DNA of 61,924 nucleotides, counting the filler, from Basidiobolus meristosporus CBS 931.73 (lineage: Eukaryota; Fungi; Basidiobolomycota), in NCBI GenBank assembly GCA_002104905.1. It is 4 parts of 4 records of this genome, joined end to end, with 100 filler letters (N's around TTAATTAATTAA, not from the genome) between each part and the next. Parts side by side here need not be neighbours in the genome. Positions count along the whole stretch, not along the records: positions 47,657 to 61,924 come from MCFE01001182.1; 3 more parts are not named here. One strand, given 5' to 3'. A program made the position numbers and the translations under genes. Each line of letters begins with the position of its first letter. Positions within the stretch are counted from its first letter, which is position 1. Below are positions 61,694 to 61,924 of this stretch, in pieces. The notes below the pieces were generated by a model. The model searched no databases and had not been told where the DNA came from. It saw nothing but the letters and a program-made list of their open reading frames with translations.

Positions 61694-61924
61694 AGGGTTA
61701 GGGTTAGGGTTAGGGTTAGGGTTAGGGTTAGGGTTAGGGTTAGGGTTAGGGTTAGGGTTAGGGTTAGGGTTAGGTTAGGGTTAGGGTTAGGGTTAGGGTT
61801 AGGGTTAGGGTTAGGGTTAGGTTAGGGTTAGGGTTAGGGTTAGGGTTAGGGTTAGGGTTAGGGTTAGGGTTAGGGTTAGGGTTAGGGTTAGGGTTAGGGT
61901 TAGGGTTAGGTTAGGGTTAGGTTA
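61694..61924 (+). repeat. Telomere (TTAGGG)n, ~38 units with a few TTAGG variants
   Basis: G-rich strand runs 5'->3' toward the window end, as expected for a right chromosome end. Confidence 0.98.

Noticed and set aside
61765-61924. TTAGG 5-mer variants in the telomere
   Set aside because: Cannot be distinguished from homopolymer base-calling errors without reads.
1-61924. CRISPR arrays, rRNA or prokaryotic operons
   Set aside because: None seen; there is no repeat-spacer structure and the DNA is intron-containing eukaryotic sequence.

Overview
Eukaryotic (fungal) genomic DNA, most consistent with an early-diverging fungus. That placement is inferred from short GT-AG introns with CTAAC-like branch sites, velvet/RPEL/Galpha content and TTAGGG telomeres; the taxon cannot be fixed without a search. 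The window is four contigs joined by 100-nt N spacers containing TTAATTAATTAA (stop codons in all six frames), so adjacency across 21784-21883, 38362-38461 and 47557-47656 is not guaranteed. (1) 1-~27000 is a CpG-depleted transposon graveyard: one CACTA/EnSpm-like family and its deletion derivatives, Ty3/gypsy and Ty1/copia fragments, and an open-frame PIF/Harbinger/ISL2EU-type DDE transposase. (2) ~27000-38360 is a CpG-rich gene island: hypothetical gene, velvet protein, alpha-arrestin, RPL5, group-I Galpha, trihelix Myb/SANT protein and a bestrophin-like gene. (3) 38462-47556 holds the TOP1 3' end, four identical tRNA-Gly(CCC) genes plus a relic inside a ~600-bp inverted repeat, glyoxalase II and an RPEL protein. 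(4) 47657-61924 is a chromosome end: an intronless alpha/beta hydrolase, a 12-bp minisatellite, a young copia nested in its own family's LTRs, and a gypsy LTR truncated at a (TTAGGG)2 scar onto which a LINE 3' end is fused in telomere-priming geometry. A Ty3/gypsy element is inserted in that LINE and is itself cut inside integrase and capped by the telomere. The most interesting signal is this layered record of chromosome-end breakage and healing by telomerase and a retroelement.
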